Part shown: positions 63,146 to 64,000 of the stretch, piece by piece
Layout of the letters: each line of letters begins with the position of its first letter
How positions within the stretch are numbered: position 1 is the stretch's first letter
DNA from: Candidatus Saccharimonadota bacterium
Lineage (GTDB): Bacteria > Patescibacteriota > Saccharimonadia > Saccharimonadales > UBA10212
Length of the DNA: 64,000 nt
Assembly (NCBI GenBank): GCA_013815775.1
Contig: JACDFN010000003.1
Location: 14,354-78,353, forward strand
Direction: 5' to 3'
Notes under the pieces: generated by a model
Told to the model about the DNA's origin: nothing
The model's input: only the letters and a program-made list of their open reading frames with translations
Databases searched by the model: none
Position numbers and translations under genes: made by a program

Positions 63146-63535
63146 CTAAGACGGTATTTGCATATCCGCATCAAGCGCTGATCTAAAAGCGTAAAACTGC
63201 TCTAGGAGAGGGTCCGCGCCCGTCTCACCAAAAAAGGCTTCTCGACGGTCTTGTAATTCCGCAAACAGCGCCACTCGGCGTTCGGACAACAGCATCCCCC
63301 TATCTATTTTTACTAGGAATTTAGCATTGCCAAGCTCTAGCTCTAAAGGGTCGGCTAATTTTTCTAGCTCAGATTTGACATCGTTTAACCACTGGTCAGC
63401 TTTTTCTTTCATGCCCGCTTCACGGGAAGGATCCATTTCAAACATCGCCAAATAATACAATAAATCTAGCAAAAATGCCAACGTTGTTTGTTCTAGGAGC
63501 CCGAATTTCTGTTTTTCAGATGCTCCCGGACCCAC
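63146..63535 (-). CDS. Hypothetical protein (129 aa), GTG start inside repeat R2
   Basis: ORF only. The N-terminus MGPGASEKQ is mirrored by a truncated MGPGIGKTE ORF in R1. Confidence 0.4.
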   Translation of the reverse strand: MGPGASEKQKFGLLEQTTLAFLLDLLYYLAMFEMDPSREAGMKEKADQWLNDVKSELEKLADPLELELGNAKFLVKIDRGMLLSERRVALFAELQDRREAFFGETGADPLLEQFYAFRSALDADMQIPS

Positions 63536-63561
63536 TTAAACCTGCTTTCTAGAGTTAGAAG
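63507..63561. repeat. Repeat copy R2
   Basis: ttctgtttttcagatgctcccggacccacttaaacctgctttctagagttagaag. Confidence 0.6.
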
Positions 63562-63618
63562 GGCCCTTTTATCTTTTTGAGCCGGAAGAGTATAATTTGC
63601 CAAAGAAGTAAACAACGT

Positions 63619-63816
63619 ATGTCAGAAATTATAAATCAGCCACCACAAGAAGTCTTAAGCGACTACAGTATGCCCTCTGCCGAGGAAATAACAGCGGTTG
63701 AGGCAATGTTGGAAGCCACTGAGTCAATAATTGTGAGCCCGGAACAACGTGCCAAAATGTGGAACGTAGTTATAGACCAAATTAGGGCTGAAAGAGCGAA
63801 GGGGGAAAGGGGATAG
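63619..63816 (+). CDS. Acidic hypothetical protein (65 aa from ATG 63619)
   Basis: The track ORF starts at TTG 63577, but a TATAAT at 63591-63596 lies inside that extension. The ATG at 63619 gives MSEIINQ..., the same MSE start as the array genes. Confidence 0.4.
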   Translation: MSEIINQPPQEVLSDYSMPSAEEITAVEAMLEATESIIVSPEQRAKMWNVVIDQIRAERAKGERG

Positions 63817-63841
63817 AGCCGACAGTTTGCTATAGTTTAGG

Positions 63842-64000
63842 CATGGACGAAGGATGGAAAGTTGAGCATATAGATAACGTCCCACCAATGAAAGACACCT
63901 TTCAAAAGGGCTGGAAATCTGTCCGTTGGCATATGGGCATTGAAGCTTTTGGTGTCAATGCTGCTACGAAAGACAAAGGCGAATGGTTAACTCCGGTTCA
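63842..64000 (+). CDS. 5' part of a cupin-like protein gene running off the right edge
   Basis: MDEGWKVEHIDNVPP...WKSVRWHMGIEAFGVNAATKDKGEWLTP resembles small cupin N-termini. Open to the window end. Confidence 0.35.

Overview
This 64-kb chromosomal window looks like a small-genome, monoderm-type Patescibacteria/CPR bacterium, most likely Saccharibacteria (TM7). The 16S carries T at the E. coli-912 equivalent, which I recall as the TM7 signature. Coding density is high, typical G+C is about 40-48 %, and the standard genetic code fits all long ORFs.

Contents from left to right:
- Housekeeping genes: tlyA, Crp/Fnr regulator, ychF.
- A complete Gram-positive-style type IV pilus locus at 5.8-21.6 kb: TPR protein, a 1120-aa secreted protein, pilMNO, pilB, pilT, pilC, major pilin, pilD and four minor pilins. 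No secretin is present.
- xerC/D-type recombinase, ndk, eight tRNAs, a processive GT2 synthase, nrdR, tgt, a short thrS, an ATL protein, miaA, rpmB, an M50 protease, an ASCH-RNase HI fusion, rnpB, the infC-rpmI-rplT operon and comM.
- A 1.5-kb AT-rich tract with no ORFs.
- A module with a membrane-anchored VirD4/HerA-like ATPase and an LPXTG/DUF11 surface protein.
- gyrB and gyrA.
- A split rRNA locus: 16S, then protein genes, then tRNA-Ile and tRNA-Ala, then an antisense glycosidase gene, then 23S-5S. Each part has its own promoter and terminator, and the 23S carries two expansion segments.
- An array of tiny, translationally coupled acidic ORFs at the right end.

Three short islets of about 60-70 % G+C each encode one signal-peptide protein and look horizontally acquired.

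All functional calls come from motif recognition by eye. No database search, RNA folding or statistics could be run, and coordinates of RNA ends, promoters and hairpins are approximate to within a few nt.
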